Shown in pieces: positions 29,747 through 39,071 of a stretch of 64,000 bases of DNA. Source of the DNA: Candidatus Nezhaarchaeales archaeon (GTDB lineage: Archaea; Thermoproteota; Methanomethylicia; Nezhaarchaeales; JAWCJE01); the NCBI GenBank assembly GCA_038853715.1, contig JAWCJE010000010.1, positions 378 through 64,377 of the forward strand, given 5' to 3'. Position 1 is the first letter of the stretch; the number at the start of each line of letters is the position of its first letter. Below the pieces are notes generated by a model. That model made no database searches, was not told the origin of the DNA, and was given only the letters and a program-made list of their open reading frames with translations. Position numbers and translations under genes: made by a program.

Positions 29747-30544
29747 ATGAGTACGCGGCCCCGTATTGGGGTACTTGTTAAGGCGGCTTTAAACGTAGGG
29801 CAACTCCTCGTTGAGGATGGGAAGCCCCTATTGGAAAGTACTCCTTTAAAGATTAGCGATATCGATCGGAACGCCGTTGAGGAGGCTGTAAGAATTAAGG
29901 AGAGGCTGGGGGGGTTTATCTCGGCTTTTTCAGCCCTTACTTGGGGTCCTCTCGATAAGAGGGTGGAGGAGGGTAAAGCGGTTCTTAGGGAGGGTCTGGC
30001 TATGGGTGTTGACGAGGCTTATCTAATAGTTGACGGAAGACTGGTTGGCGCTGATAGCTTCTTAGTGGGTACGGCTATCTCTACCGCTATTAAGAGGCTT
30101 GGAGGGGTTGACGTTATTCTTGCCGGTGAAGGCTCCATAGACGATTACGCCGGCCAGGTTGGGCCTAGGGTTGCTGAAGAGCTAGGTATACCCGTTGTTT
30201 CTTACGCTAGGAGGATCGATGTTAAGGATAAGGCTTTGGTGGTGGAAAGGGATTTAGAGGGGCATATCGAGGTTGTTGAGGTTAAGCCACCGGCTTTTGT
30301 CTCCGTTACGAGGGAGATAAACCTACCTCGCTTACCTACGTCGTTACAGGTTAGAATGGCGTTTAGGAAGCCGTTGAAGGTCTTAAGCCTTTCGGACTTA
30401 GGGGTTGAAGCTAAGGCTTTAACCAGTACGGTTAGTTTGAAGGGTCTACAAGTGAGACGTAAAAAGGTGGCTATTAAGGGGGATGACGTTAACGCGTTAG
30501 CCGAAAACCTAGTGAAGGAACTATTGAAGGAAGGCGTTCTATGA
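29747..30544 (+). CDS. etfB: Electron transfer flavoprotein beta subunit
   Basis: DRNAVEEAVRIKE, LAMGVDEA, GQVGPRVAE.LG.P, INLPRLP. Confidence 0.93.
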   Translation: MSTRPRIGVLVKAALNVGQLLVEDGKPLLESTPLKISDIDRNAVEEAVRIKERLGGFISAFSALTWGPLDKRVEEGKAVLREGLAMGVDEAYLIVDGRLVGADSFLVGTAISTAIKRLGGVDVILAGEGSIDDYAGQVGPRVAEELGIPVVSYARRIDVKDKALVVERDLEGHIEVVEVKPPAFVSVTREINLPRLPTSLQVRMAFRKPLKVLSLSDLGVEAKALTSTVSLKGLQVRRKKVAIKGDDVNALAENLVKELLKEGVL

Positions 30545-30545
30545 G

Positions 30546-31499
30546 GTGGCGTATTTGAAGCTGCTAACCGTATTAAGGTTTAAAGCTGATTTAGAGCTTT
30601 TAGGGTTCGCTAAAAGGTTGATGGAGTTAGGCGTTAACCCCGTGGTTGAAGCCTTAATTTTCGGAGGAGATTTAGAGGAAGCGCAGGACTATGTAGTTAG
30701 GGGCGCTAGGAAGGTATACGTGGTTGAAGGTGACCCTCGAAACCTTGATTGGCTATTAGCTTCAATACTTAAAGCCTTCGAACTATCTAAGCCTGATTAC
30801 CTACTGCTTTTAAGCGATAAGAATGGTAAGGAGGTTGGTGCTAGGGTTGCTCAACGCTTAAAGGCGGGGTCCATAGCGGATGTAGTTGACGTAGTAAGGG
30901 TAAACGGCGAGATAAGTTTCGTTAGAATAGTTTTAAGTGGTAAAGCGATATCCTACGAGAAGTCCGTTACGCCTACCGTAATCCTAGTTTCACCTAGGAA
31001 GTTCGAACCGCCGCCTCCACAGCAACAGCTAGGTGAAGTCTTAAGCTTAAAGGTGCCTAAGCCGGATGAAAGGGTTAAGGTCGTTAGGATCGAGGAGAAG
31101 AGGAAGGCTGAGTTAAAGCTTGAAGAGGCCGAGTTCATAGTGGCCGTCGGCCGAGGGTTAAAGAGGCAGGAGGACCTTAAAATTGTTCAGGAGCTAGCTC
31201 AGCTATTAGGGGCGCAGGTTGGCTGTACTAGGCCTATAGCCGCCGATATGGGCTGGCTACCTGAATGGATCGGCTTCTCCGGTAAGAAGGTTAAACCTAG
31301 GCTTTACCTAGCCTTAGGCATATCTGGGCAGACGCAGCACGTAACTGGGATTATGGACTCGAAGGTTGTAGTAGCCGTCAATAAGGACGTGAAGGCGCCA
31401 ATCTTCGACTACGCGGATTACTACGTGGTAAGCGACCTCTACGAGTACGTTCCAGCCTTAATAAAGGCGTTAAAAAGGCTGAGTAGGAAAGAAGCTTGA
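30546..31499 (+). CDS. etfA: Electron transfer flavoprotein alpha subunit
   Basis: VAVGRG, VGCTRP, GISGQTQHVTG, AVNKD..APIF..ADY. Confidence 0.93.
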   Translation: MAYLKLLTVLRFKADLELLGFAKRLMELGVNPVVEALIFGGDLEEAQDYVVRGARKVYVVEGDPRNLDWLLASILKAFELSKPDYLLLLSDKNGKEVGARVAQRLKAGSIADVVDVVRVNGEISFVRIVLSGKAISYEKSVTPTVILVSPRKFEPPPPQQQLGEVLSLKVPKPDERVKVVRIEEKRKAELKLEEAEFIVAVGRGLKRQEDLKIVQELAQLLGAQVGCTRPIAADMGWLPEWIGFSGKKVKPRLYLALGISGQTQHVTGIMDSKVVVAVNKDVKAPIFDYADYYVVSDLYEYVPALIKALKRLSRKEA

Positions 31500-31555
31500 A
31501 GGCCTTTAGGGTTTAAGGATTCACTCCGTAAAACTCGATACTGGGTTATGCTGTC

Positions 31556-33586
31556 TTATAACGCCTCGAAGACTATTTCGGCTATATCTTTAACCTCGAC
31601 CTTCCCCTCTAACCCCTCAATCTTTAAGGCGTCCGATAGCATTAATAGGCAGAAGGGGCATTGAGTCGCTATAAGGTTAGCGCCAGTCTTAACTAGTTCT
31701 CTAAGCCTTAATACGCTTATCCGCTCCCTTTCGGGGACATCATACCAGTAGTTGGCTCCTCCAGCACCACAACAGAATGTTTCGTGTTTCGTTCTTTCGG
31801 GTTCTATGATTCGCATTTTTAAGCCTAGGCTTAAAACGCTCCTATAAGGTCTTGTCGCCGCGTTATACCTAGATAGGTAGCAAGGGTCGTGAATAGTGAT
31901 AATTCCTGTCCGCTGGTTAAGCTTTAACCTACCGGTTTTAATTAGGTTGTCCAGTAGCTCGGAATGGTGTATAACTTGAAGCCTAACCCCGAAGCTAGGG
32001 TATTCGTTTTTAAACGTATTATAGCAGTGGGGGCATAGTACTAGTAGGTTCTTAACGTTATACTTGGTGAAGAGCTCCGTATTAGTGAGGACGAACTCCT
32101 GAAACCTCCCCTCTTCACCTAGCCTTCGTGCTGGATCGCCGCAGCAGGTTTCATTCGACCTTAGGGTGGCCACTTTTACCCCCGCCTTCTCCAATAAGGC
32201 CGCTAAGGATTGGACTACGAGTCTTATTCTTCCATCGTATGAGGCTAAACAGCCTAGCCATAAAACGTAGTCGCTGTTAGGTGCTTCATCCAAGCTCCTT
32301 ACGTTCAGCTCTGAAAGCCAGCGATGCCTATCGGCTTGCGGTAAGCCTAACGAGTTATTCGAGTAAGCCAAGTTTTGTAGTAGGCTTTGCTTCTTAACGT
32401 CGACCTTGCCGCTCGCTACTAGCCATCTCCTAAGCTCCACGATAAGGTCCACATGGTTAATCCTCACCGGACACGCGTATAGACATGCTCCGCAGGTTGT
32501 ACAGGACCATACTTCATCCTCACCTACCGCGTCGTCTACGATCTTGAATGATGCCTTAGCTTTCAACCCTTCAACCACTTTACTCCTAATCCTCCTAATG
32601 AAGCCGCTTGGAAGTAGCTGCCTACCGGATTCGGCGGCGGGGCAACGTCGATCGCACCTACCGCAGTTCATGCAGCAATCCATCATTAACCGCTTATCCC
32701 ATGGAACGTCCTTAACCTCACCGTAGCCGACCTTAAGCCCTTCAACACCTCCTTCGAGGAGGGCCTTAAGGTTAAAGGGGGTTGGTAGTTCCCCTAACAC
32801 CCGCTTACCGTTTAGGTAGGCGTTGAAGGGGGTAATGATAAGGTGCCAAAGCTTCGTGTAAGGCGTAGCAGCTATGAGCGTTAAGGCGATTACCGCGTGG
32901 AACCACCATAAGGCTACATGGACGTTAGGCTCCGCTAACCTTAAGCTAACGCACAGGTAAGCGAAGAAGCTACCTATCGGCGTCCACGAGGACCATGAAG
33001 GGTTTAGTACCGCTATTCTAACCCCTCTAACCATAAAGCCTGAAAGGGCGCAAATCATGATCAACAGTAGGATCACGTAGTCTTCAGCCTTAGACTCTAG
33101 GTATTTAGGCTTAAGGAAAAGCCTCCTCCACATCGCCACTAGGACGCCGAAGATTAGTAGGCCGCCGCCGAAAACGTCGTTAATAGCTTTAAAAAGCGTA
33201 AGGAAGGTGCCTGCGAGAAGCTTAACCCTTAATATGGGGGTTACTAAGTAGTGGTCGAGGGCGATAGTTAACGTGGATAATCCTAGTATGAGCATACTGT
33301 AAAACATTGGAAGGTGGACTAAGGCTCCGTATCCCTCGTTAACTACCCTTCGCTGAAGAAATACGTCTAGGAAAGCCTCTTTTAAACTGCTATCCTTAGC
33401 TTTAAAGGCTGAAAAAAAGCTTCTTAAGCTAGGAGGAGCGTAACCTTGAAGCCTTCGGTAAACACCGTAGGAAAACACTCCAACGCTAATGAGCGTTAAA
33501 ACGTAGAAGAGCGTAGGGGTCCAAGGTGGGAGCAATAGGAATTCGACGTATTGCTGGCCGCCTTCAATCATCAAGAACGCCTTCAC
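31556..33586 (-). CDS. Membrane-anchored Fe-S oxidoreductase (NarI-like TM + 2x[4Fe-4S] + 2 CCG; FadF/HdrD-like), probable ETF:quinone oxidoreductase
   Basis: CMNCGRCDRRCP, CTTCGAC..CP, CCG twice, CPHC, HDPCY; adjacent to etfAB. Confidence 0.88.
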   Translation of the reverse strand: MKAFLMIEGGQQYVEFLLLPPWTPTLFYVLTLISVGVFSYGVYRRLQGYAPPSLRSFFSAFKAKDSSLKEAFLDVFLQRRVVNEGYGALVHLPMFYSMLILGLSTLTIALDHYLVTPILRVKLLAGTFLTLFKAINDVFGGGLLIFGVLVAMWRRLFLKPKYLESKAEDYVILLLIMICALSGFMVRGVRIAVLNPSWSSWTPIGSFFAYLCVSLRLAEPNVHVALWWFHAVIALTLIAATPYTKLWHLIITPFNAYLNGKRVLGELPTPFNLKALLEGGVEGLKVGYGEVKDVPWDKRLMMDCCMNCGRCDRRCPAAESGRQLLPSGFIRRIRSKVVEGLKAKASFKIVDDAVGEDEVWSCTTCGACLYACPVRINHVDLIVELRRWLVASGKVDVKKQSLLQNLAYSNNSLGLPQADRHRWLSELNVRSLDEAPNSDYVLWLGCLASYDGRIRLVVQSLAALLEKAGVKVATLRSNETCCGDPARRLGEEGRFQEFVLTNTELFTKYNVKNLLVLCPHCYNTFKNEYPSFGVRLQVIHHSELLDNLIKTGRLKLNQRTGIITIHDPCYLSRYNAATRPYRSVLSLGLKMRIIEPERTKHETFCCGAGGANYWYDVPERERISVLRLRELVKTGANLIATQCPFCLLMLSDALKIEGLEGKVEVKDIAEIVFEAL

Positions 33587-33647
33587 ACTCGGTGACGAAG
33601 ATGAAGTTTAAAAACTTTTACGAAGAATTGATGTTGGGGGTTCGTGT

Positions 33648-34432
33648 ATGTATAACCCTATTGAGGAGGCCGTTAGGCTTGAAAGGCTCGTAGTTAACGG
33701 GTTGCTACGTAAGTATTATAGGCCTGTAAGGGCTGGCCGTTGGTACGGTGGAAAGCGGTAATCGTTAAGCCGCCCGCTATCGCCACGGCCGATTGTGTAG
33801 GATGCCCTTTGAAATGCGTTTTCTGCTGGAGTAATGCTCCGAGGGATAATCCATCCTCTATTGGTAGGTTTTACAGCCCCCATGAAATATTTAAGGGGTT
33901 AGATGCATGCGCTAAGAAGCACGGTTATACGCAGTTAAGGGTTAGCGGTAACGAGCCTACGTTAGGTAGGGACCATCTATTAAGGCTTTTAGAGTTGGTT
34001 GAGGGGCATGGAGGCTACACCTTCATACTTGAGACTAATGGAATACTGCTAGGGTATGATGTGGAGTACGCTAAGGCTTTATCTAGGTTTAGCAGGGTCC
34101 ATGTACGCGTAAGCCTTAAGGGGACTAATAGTAATGAGTTTGCTATGCTTACGGGAGCCGTACCTGAAGGCTTTGAGCTACAGCTTAAAGCCTTGAAGAA
34201 CCTGATTAACGCTGGGGTTTCTTGTCATCCGGCTGTTATGCTTAGCTTCAGCACCGATGAAGGATTGAACGAACTCTTAGAGAGGATTAAGGGTATAGAC
34301 GTAAGCCTAGCGGAAAACCTCGAAGAGGAATACGTATTCCTATATCCCCATGTTGAGAGGAGGCTTAAAGCCGCAGGTATTACGCCTAGGCTTGCTTATT
34401 CACCAAGTGACATCCCTAAGGAACTAGTATGA
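33648..34432 (+). CDS. Radical SAM protein interrupted by a BHB intron; join(33648..33753,33780..34432), 252 aa
   Basis: Exon 1 reads MYNPIEEAVRLERLVVNGLLRKYYRPVRAGRWYGG. Exon 2 continues IATADCVGCPLKCVFCWS...SGNEPT..LETNG. The unspliced frame stops at 33759-33761. Confidence 0.88.
33754..33779 (+). other. 26-nt archaeal bulge-helix-bulge intron in an mRNA
   Basis: 4-bp central helix GUGG(33748-51)/CCGC(33774-77), 3-nt bulges AAA(33752-54) and UAU(33778-80), intron stem GCGGU/GCCGC, exon stem GGCCG..UGG..CG/CG CCA CGGCC. Confidence 0.85.
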
Positions 34433-34552
34433 GTTTGGCCGTAAAGCCTGGTTTATGTATTCTACTAAGAGGATTAACGCTTGTTGGAACCTTAACCATT
34501 ACCTTCTTAACAGCTCATTCGCGGAATGTTTAAAATAGGGTTTTAGCCGGCT

Positions 34553-35182
34553 TTAAGCGGATCCTTCAGATTTCTCCCTAGCTTTAAGCTTATAGCTACT
34601 AATTACGTCTATCTTAGTTACTATACCTACTGGTTTACCCTTATCTACAACTAGTATTGCTGGTCTACCTTTAGATAGGAGTGCTTCGGCCTCTTCTATG
34701 GAGGATGATGGGGCTAGCATTGGGAATGGTTCATCTAGGACCGTTTGAACCTTTTGATAGAAGAGTTCTTCAGGCTTTTTACTATGGCCTAAAGCTTTAA
34801 GTATGCTATTCTCCTGAATACTGCCAATTACGCTGCCGTTCTTAATTACCGGGAGCTGTGATATGCCGTAGCGCTCCATTAGCTCGACGGCTTTCCTAAT
34901 GCTTTCGTTAGCCTTAACGCATATAACTGGGCTATGCATGATGTCGGCCACGGTTAAGGACCTCCCACTCGATGAAAGCGCGTTTAATATCCTCCTTAGG
35001 GTTGAAGCCCTAGGATCAACGGTGCCAGCTTCTATCCTAGCTATTAAGGACTGGCTTACATTAGCGCGTTTAGCGAGTTCCTTCTGCGTAAGCTTAGCCA
35101 GCTTCCTAAGCCTTCGAAGCTCTTCAGGTGTAGGGATGCTAACGCCCAAAAATTTACCCGTAGTAATCTTTGTGGAGCCCAC
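34553..35182 (-). CDS. XRE-HTH plus CBS-pair transcriptional regulator
   Basis: LTQKELAKRANVSQSLIARIE..DPRASTL; two CBS domains. Confidence 0.9.
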   Translation of the reverse strand: MGSTKITTGKFLGVSIPTPEELRRLRKLAKLTQKELAKRANVSQSLIARIEAGTVDPRASTLRRILNALSSSGRSLTVADIMHSPVICVKANESIRKAVELMERYGISQLPVIKNGSVIGSIQENSILKALGHSKKPEELFYQKVQTVLDEPFPMLAPSSSIEEAEALLSKGRPAILVVDKGKPVGIVTKIDVISSYKLKAREKSEGSA

Positions 35183-36062
35183 TAATTAATTTAAGCCCTC
35201 TAGGTTTAGGTTCAACCCTAATATCTAGTGATACATGGTACCAGTTGGGGCCTACCCGTCTTACTATCCTTCGTCCTTCCACTCGATGTTCAACCTTTAA
35301 CGCGTTAAGCTTAACGCGAACCTTTCTTTCAACCTTATCCTCGGGGTTTTCATCGCGGTAGGCATGCTCGAAGTCGTGGTAATGAATCCATCCTCCCTTA
35401 GGCTTAAGGGCTATTAACGCTACCTCTAAGTATTCGTACGCTTTTAATGGTAGTGGCATAAGAACGCGGTCCGCGGCTTCAACTAGGCTTGACTCAATAA
35501 TGCTTTTAGCGTCGCCATTAATAACGTGTACTAATCGTCTAACCCCGTTTAGCTTTACGTTCTCCTCGGCGTAACGAGATGCTTCAGGGTTGATATCGAT
35601 TGAGAATACTTCTACATCTGGTTTATATTTGGCGGCTATTATTGAGAAGCTACCGATACCGGCGAACATGTTGATGATGGTCTCGCCGGGCTTAATTAAC
35701 CGTGTAATACGCCATCTCTCATAGCTAAGTCTAGGGGTGAAGAAAGTCTTGGTTAGATCTACTTTAAACGTGCATCCATACTCCTTATGGAGGGTTTCGG
35801 TACGTTTTTCACCAGCTAACCATTCCACCCCGCGAACCCTATAAGCACCCGAGGTAGGATGTGTATACCTTAAAACCACGTGGACGTACTTAACCATTTT
35901 AAGTAGTGACGTAGCTATTAACTCAGCCTTAGCTTCAAGCTCCGGGGGAAGCTTGATGATGGCTATATCCCCCACCACGTCGAGTCGTTTTATAACCCTT
36001 TCAGCTGCTTCACGTCCTATCGCATTCTCCACGGCTTTAACCATCAACGTCCGCTTAGGCAA
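35154..36062 (-). CDS. Trm5/Taw2-family tRNA-modifying SAM-dependent transferase
   Basis: DVVGDIAI, HKEYGC.F.VD, FTPRLSYER.R, MFAGIGSF, DINP, DRVLMPLP. Confidence 0.87.
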   Translation of the reverse strand: MPKRTLMVKAVENAIGREAAERVIKRLDVVGDIAIIKLPPELEAKAELIATSLLKMVKYVHVVLRYTHPTSGAYRVRGVEWLAGEKRTETLHKEYGCTFKVDLTKTFFTPRLSYERWRITRLIKPGETIINMFAGIGSFSIIAAKYKPDVEVFSIDINPEASRYAEENVKLNGVRRLVHVINGDAKSIIESSLVEAADRVLMPLPLKAYEYLEVALIALKPKGGWIHYHDFEHAYRDENPEDKVERKVRVKLNALKVEHRVEGRRIVRRVGPNWYHVSLDIRVEPKPRGLKLISGLHKDYYG

Positions 36063-36185
36063 ACTTAAACCCCCTTAAGCGTTCGTACGGCTTAAGGCGG
36101 ACTTAATAGGCAGGTTTTAAAGCTAACATTTTCAGTTTAAACCTATAGAAATAGTCTCCTTCCATCCGTTGAGCTAAGGATTAAA

Positions 36186-36249
36186 GTTATCTCAAAACCC
36201 TTAATAAGAGGTTGATCGGTCAAGTTAAAGAATGGAGTTTTGAGATAAC
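36186..36249. mobile_element. 64-bp MITE-like IS5 derivative bounded by 13-bp perfect inverted repeats
   Basis: GTTATCTCAAAAC...GTTTTGAGATAAC. Confidence 0.55.
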
Positions 36250-36391
36250 CTCGATTGTTAAAGCTAGTCTAGATAATCTGGCTACGCGTAATAGTATCCC
36301 CGGTTCAGGTATTTAATAACGCTTTAACTTACGCTTAATGTGTAAGAAGAATTAAAAGGTAAGAAATGTAAGAAAGCAGAGTTGGCTAGGA

Positions 36392-36796
36392 ATGTCTAAA
36401 GGGAGTTTTAGTAGATTGGGGGTTCTGGAGGGTATTAAAGTTCTATTCGAGTTTGAAGGATACGGAGTTGTTAAAGGTGAAATTGTTAGGGTTTTAGCGC
36501 CTAGAACCGTTGAAGCGTTATACGCCGCCCTACCTATAAGGTCGCGCGTTTACCGTTGGAGGGAGGGAGTTTACTTTGAAACCTCGGTTGTCCGAGGATT
36601 GGAGAAGCCGAGGGTTGAAGTTAACCCTGGCGATATCTGCTATTACGCTAGGAGTAAAGCTGTATGCCTATTCCACGATAAAGCTAAACCGCTAGGAGGG
36701 ATAACTTTACTGGGACGCGTAGTGGAAAACTTGGAGCTACTACCGAGGGTTAAATCGGGTAGTTTTGTGCTTATGAGGGTGAACTCGACGTTTTAA
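36392..36796 (+). CDS. Cyclophilin-like fold protein
   Basis: APRTVEAL...LP, GVYF, VNPGDICYY, CLFH. Confidence 0.8.
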   Translation: MSKGSFSRLGVLEGIKVLFEFEGYGVVKGEIVRVLAPRTVEALYAALPIRSRVYRWREGVYFETSVVRGLEKPRVEVNPGDICYYARSKAVCLFHDKAKPLGGITLLGRVVENLELLPRVKSGSFVLMRVNSTF

Positions 36797-36885
36797 ACGT
36801 TAAGCTCTTCTTTAAACCCTATCGTTTAAGTTGGCTGGTTAATCTCCTGCTAAGGGTTTTTACGTTAAAATGGGGGCGGTAAAAA

Positions 36886-37242
36886 TCATGATAAAGAGAC
36901 GAATCTAGGCTTTTCGCGGATACTTACGATCGGAATTACCATATAGCCTGGCCGTGTACCTTCAGATACTAATATGGTCTCTTTAGGTTCCTCGGCTTTT
37001 ATAAGTATATAGTTACCCGGTAGCGGTTCGTCCGTCTCATGGAAGTAGAATAGGGGTACGCCGTATAGCTCGTAGAAGTCGTGGAAGACCGCGAAGATAC
37101 CGTATACGTGTTTATCCTGATGCTTAAAGTGTATAACGTAGACCGGTTGTCCGAGCGCTGCCATTGAAGCCGCGAAGCGCGCGAGGTCGTTTAATCCTTC
37201 AACGCGGAGGGCTTCTATAGTTTTTACTTCATGGGCCTTCAT
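36886..37242 (-). CDS. Conserved archaeal hypothetical protein
   Basis: 118-aa ORF with normal codon pattern and an upstream TTTATTAA box. Confidence 0.75.
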   Translation of the reverse strand: MKAHEVKTIEALRVEGLNDLARFAASMAALGQPVYVIHFKHQDKHVYGIFAVFHDFYELYGVPLFYFHETDEPLPGNYILIKAEEPKETILVSEGTRPGYMVIPIVSIREKPRFVSLS

Positions 37243-37323
37243 AGCTTACCGCCTTAATCGTAATTCATGAACCTTAATAAATCCTTTTTGGAACGCGTAT
37301 TGTAGTTGCGTTTTTTATGTTGT

Positions 37324-37438
37324 GACACATTATGTGGTTGTGTTGTAACGCGTTATATAATTGTGTTGTAACATGTATTGTGGTTGTGTTGTAGCGTATT
37401 ACGTAGTCATGCTGTGACAAGTATTATACGCGTGTAGT
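37324..37438. repeat. Degenerate 23-nt tandem repeat (5 units)
   Basis: gacacattatgtggttgtgttgt / aacgcgttatataattgtgttgt / aacatgtattgtggttgtgttgt / agcgtattacgtagtcatgctgt / gacaagtattatacgcgtgtagt. Confidence 0.7.
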
Positions 37439-37720
37439 ATTCGTCTAGAGTATCGCACCTCATAAGTATGGGCTGTTTTTAAGCTTATAGTCTTCTTTAA
37501 ACCTTGGCCCTGAGCTGGTAGCTGGAGCTTGAGACTTTTGGCATTATGCTTCAGCTTATCGGTAGTAATATCATCAAAGGTTAAGCGTGATCTCTATGGT
37601 CAAAGCGTTTGAGGCCTTTATTTGGCTTAACTACTGCATTAACTTCTTTACCGTTAACGTTTTAAGCGGTAAGCTTTGACGTTCACCTCGACAGAAATCG
37701 AGGGGCTCTGTTTTTAACGG

Positions 37721-38599
37721 TTAACGCTTTACCTTAGATATTACGTAGTTTATGATTGCGTCGGCTATGTTTATTGAAGTTACTGATTGTAAACCATGCC
37801 ATCCCGGTTGACTGTTGATCTCAACCACGTAGAAGCCGTTCTTACTTTCTAGAATATCGACCCCCGCTATTTCACACCCTAATAGTTTAGCCGATTTAAT
37901 TGCTAATTCCATTGCTTCACCGGTTAGATTTAAGGGTATGGGTTTAGCTCCTTGAGCTACGTTGGTCTTCCAGCTTTGAGCTACCCGGTACATTGCTGCT
38001 ACTACGCCATCACCGACTACGAAGGCTCTAATGTCCTTGACGCCGTGAGGAATGAACTCCTGTACGTAGATAACGTTACGCGTAAAGGCTAACGCCCTGA
38101 AGACCCTTGAAGCTGTCTCCCTATCAGTAAGCCTGGTAACTCCTAAACCTCGAGCTCCGAACATCGGTTTACATACTACGTCGCCGCCGAGCTCATCGAA
38201 GGCTTCAAGGGCTGAGGCCGGGCTCTCAGTTACGATAGTGCGTGGAACCGGTATTCCATGCTCGTTGAGAAGGGATATAGCGTAGTACTTATCCATGCTT
38301 CGCTCTATGGCTGAGGGGTTATTAATAATCGTTAAGCCAAGCCTATGTAGTTTATGTAGAACGTCGATCCTAAATACGCATTCATCAATAGATCCTCTAC
38401 CTATAGGTCTAACTATTAACGCGGAGAGGTCTACGGCTAGGTTAAGCCCTAATGCCGTTACTGGCTTCTGTAGGTTCACCCTAGCCGTTAAATCGTTAAA
38501 CCTGAAGAAGAATGGTTCAACCCCGAGCTTAATACAAGATGCTTTAAGCTGTTGGGGGGCCCAGGCGTTAGCATTACGGGTTAAAATACCAATCCTCAA
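37721..38599 (-). CDS. mptN: RimK-family ATP-grasp ligase, MptN-like (H4MPT:alpha-L-glutamate ligase)
   Basis: DKY, P.T.VTE, KPMFGARGLG, DIRAFVVG, WKTNVAQGA, EINSQPGW. Confidence 0.75.
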   Translation of the reverse strand: MRIGILTRNANAWAPQQLKASCIKLGVEPFFFRFNDLTARVNLQKPVTALGLNLAVDLSALIVRPIGRGSIDECVFRIDVLHKLHRLGLTIINNPSAIERSMDKYYAISLLNEHGIPVPRTIVTESPASALEAFDELGGDVVCKPMFGARGLGVTRLTDRETASRVFRALAFTRNVIYVQEFIPHGVKDIRAFVVGDGVVAAMYRVAQSWKTNVAQGAKPIPLNLTGEAMELAIKSAKLLGCEIAGVDILESKNGFYVVEINSQPGWHGLQSVTSINIADAIINYVISKVKR

Positions 38600-39071
38600 C
38601 CTAACCCTTCCTCGATGAAGTAAGAAAACGGCTTAAGATAAGCTTACCTCTAAGGTTGATTAGATGATGTATGGAAGCGGTGTACGATTAACAAAACGCG
38701 TAAACTTGTTCCCCATCGCCTTCACCGTTAGCTTTAGGGAGACGCCGATTATCATATTGAAGGCCATGTATAGTAAACGTAATCTAAAGGGACCCTATTA
38801 CGCTCAAATAAACCAAGCTCACAAATCAACCTCCTAACACTAAACATGAAACAGTGCATGGAGGAGGAGACTTAAATACCTTAAGTTGCCAGGTCCGAGG
38901 CGGTTAAGGAGGCGGTTAAAATGGCTAAGGCATCCATTAAGCTAGCAGAGAAGGTTAAACTATCTGAGGAGGAAACGGTAAGGGCTAAGTGGGCTGTAAC
39001 TGAGAGGAAAGACCGTGTAATCACGTGCCCATATCCAAGAGTTCGGATAACGGTAAGGGGTGCGTTAAACG

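Noticed and set aside
33740..34432. ORF-track start at TTG 33740 (MVRWKAVIVKPP)
   Set aside because: This N-terminus reads through the intron. The family-like N-terminus is in the upstream frame from ATG 33648.
37324..37438. Possible CRISPR array
   Set aside because: Units are contiguous and degenerate with no unique spacers, and there are no cas genes
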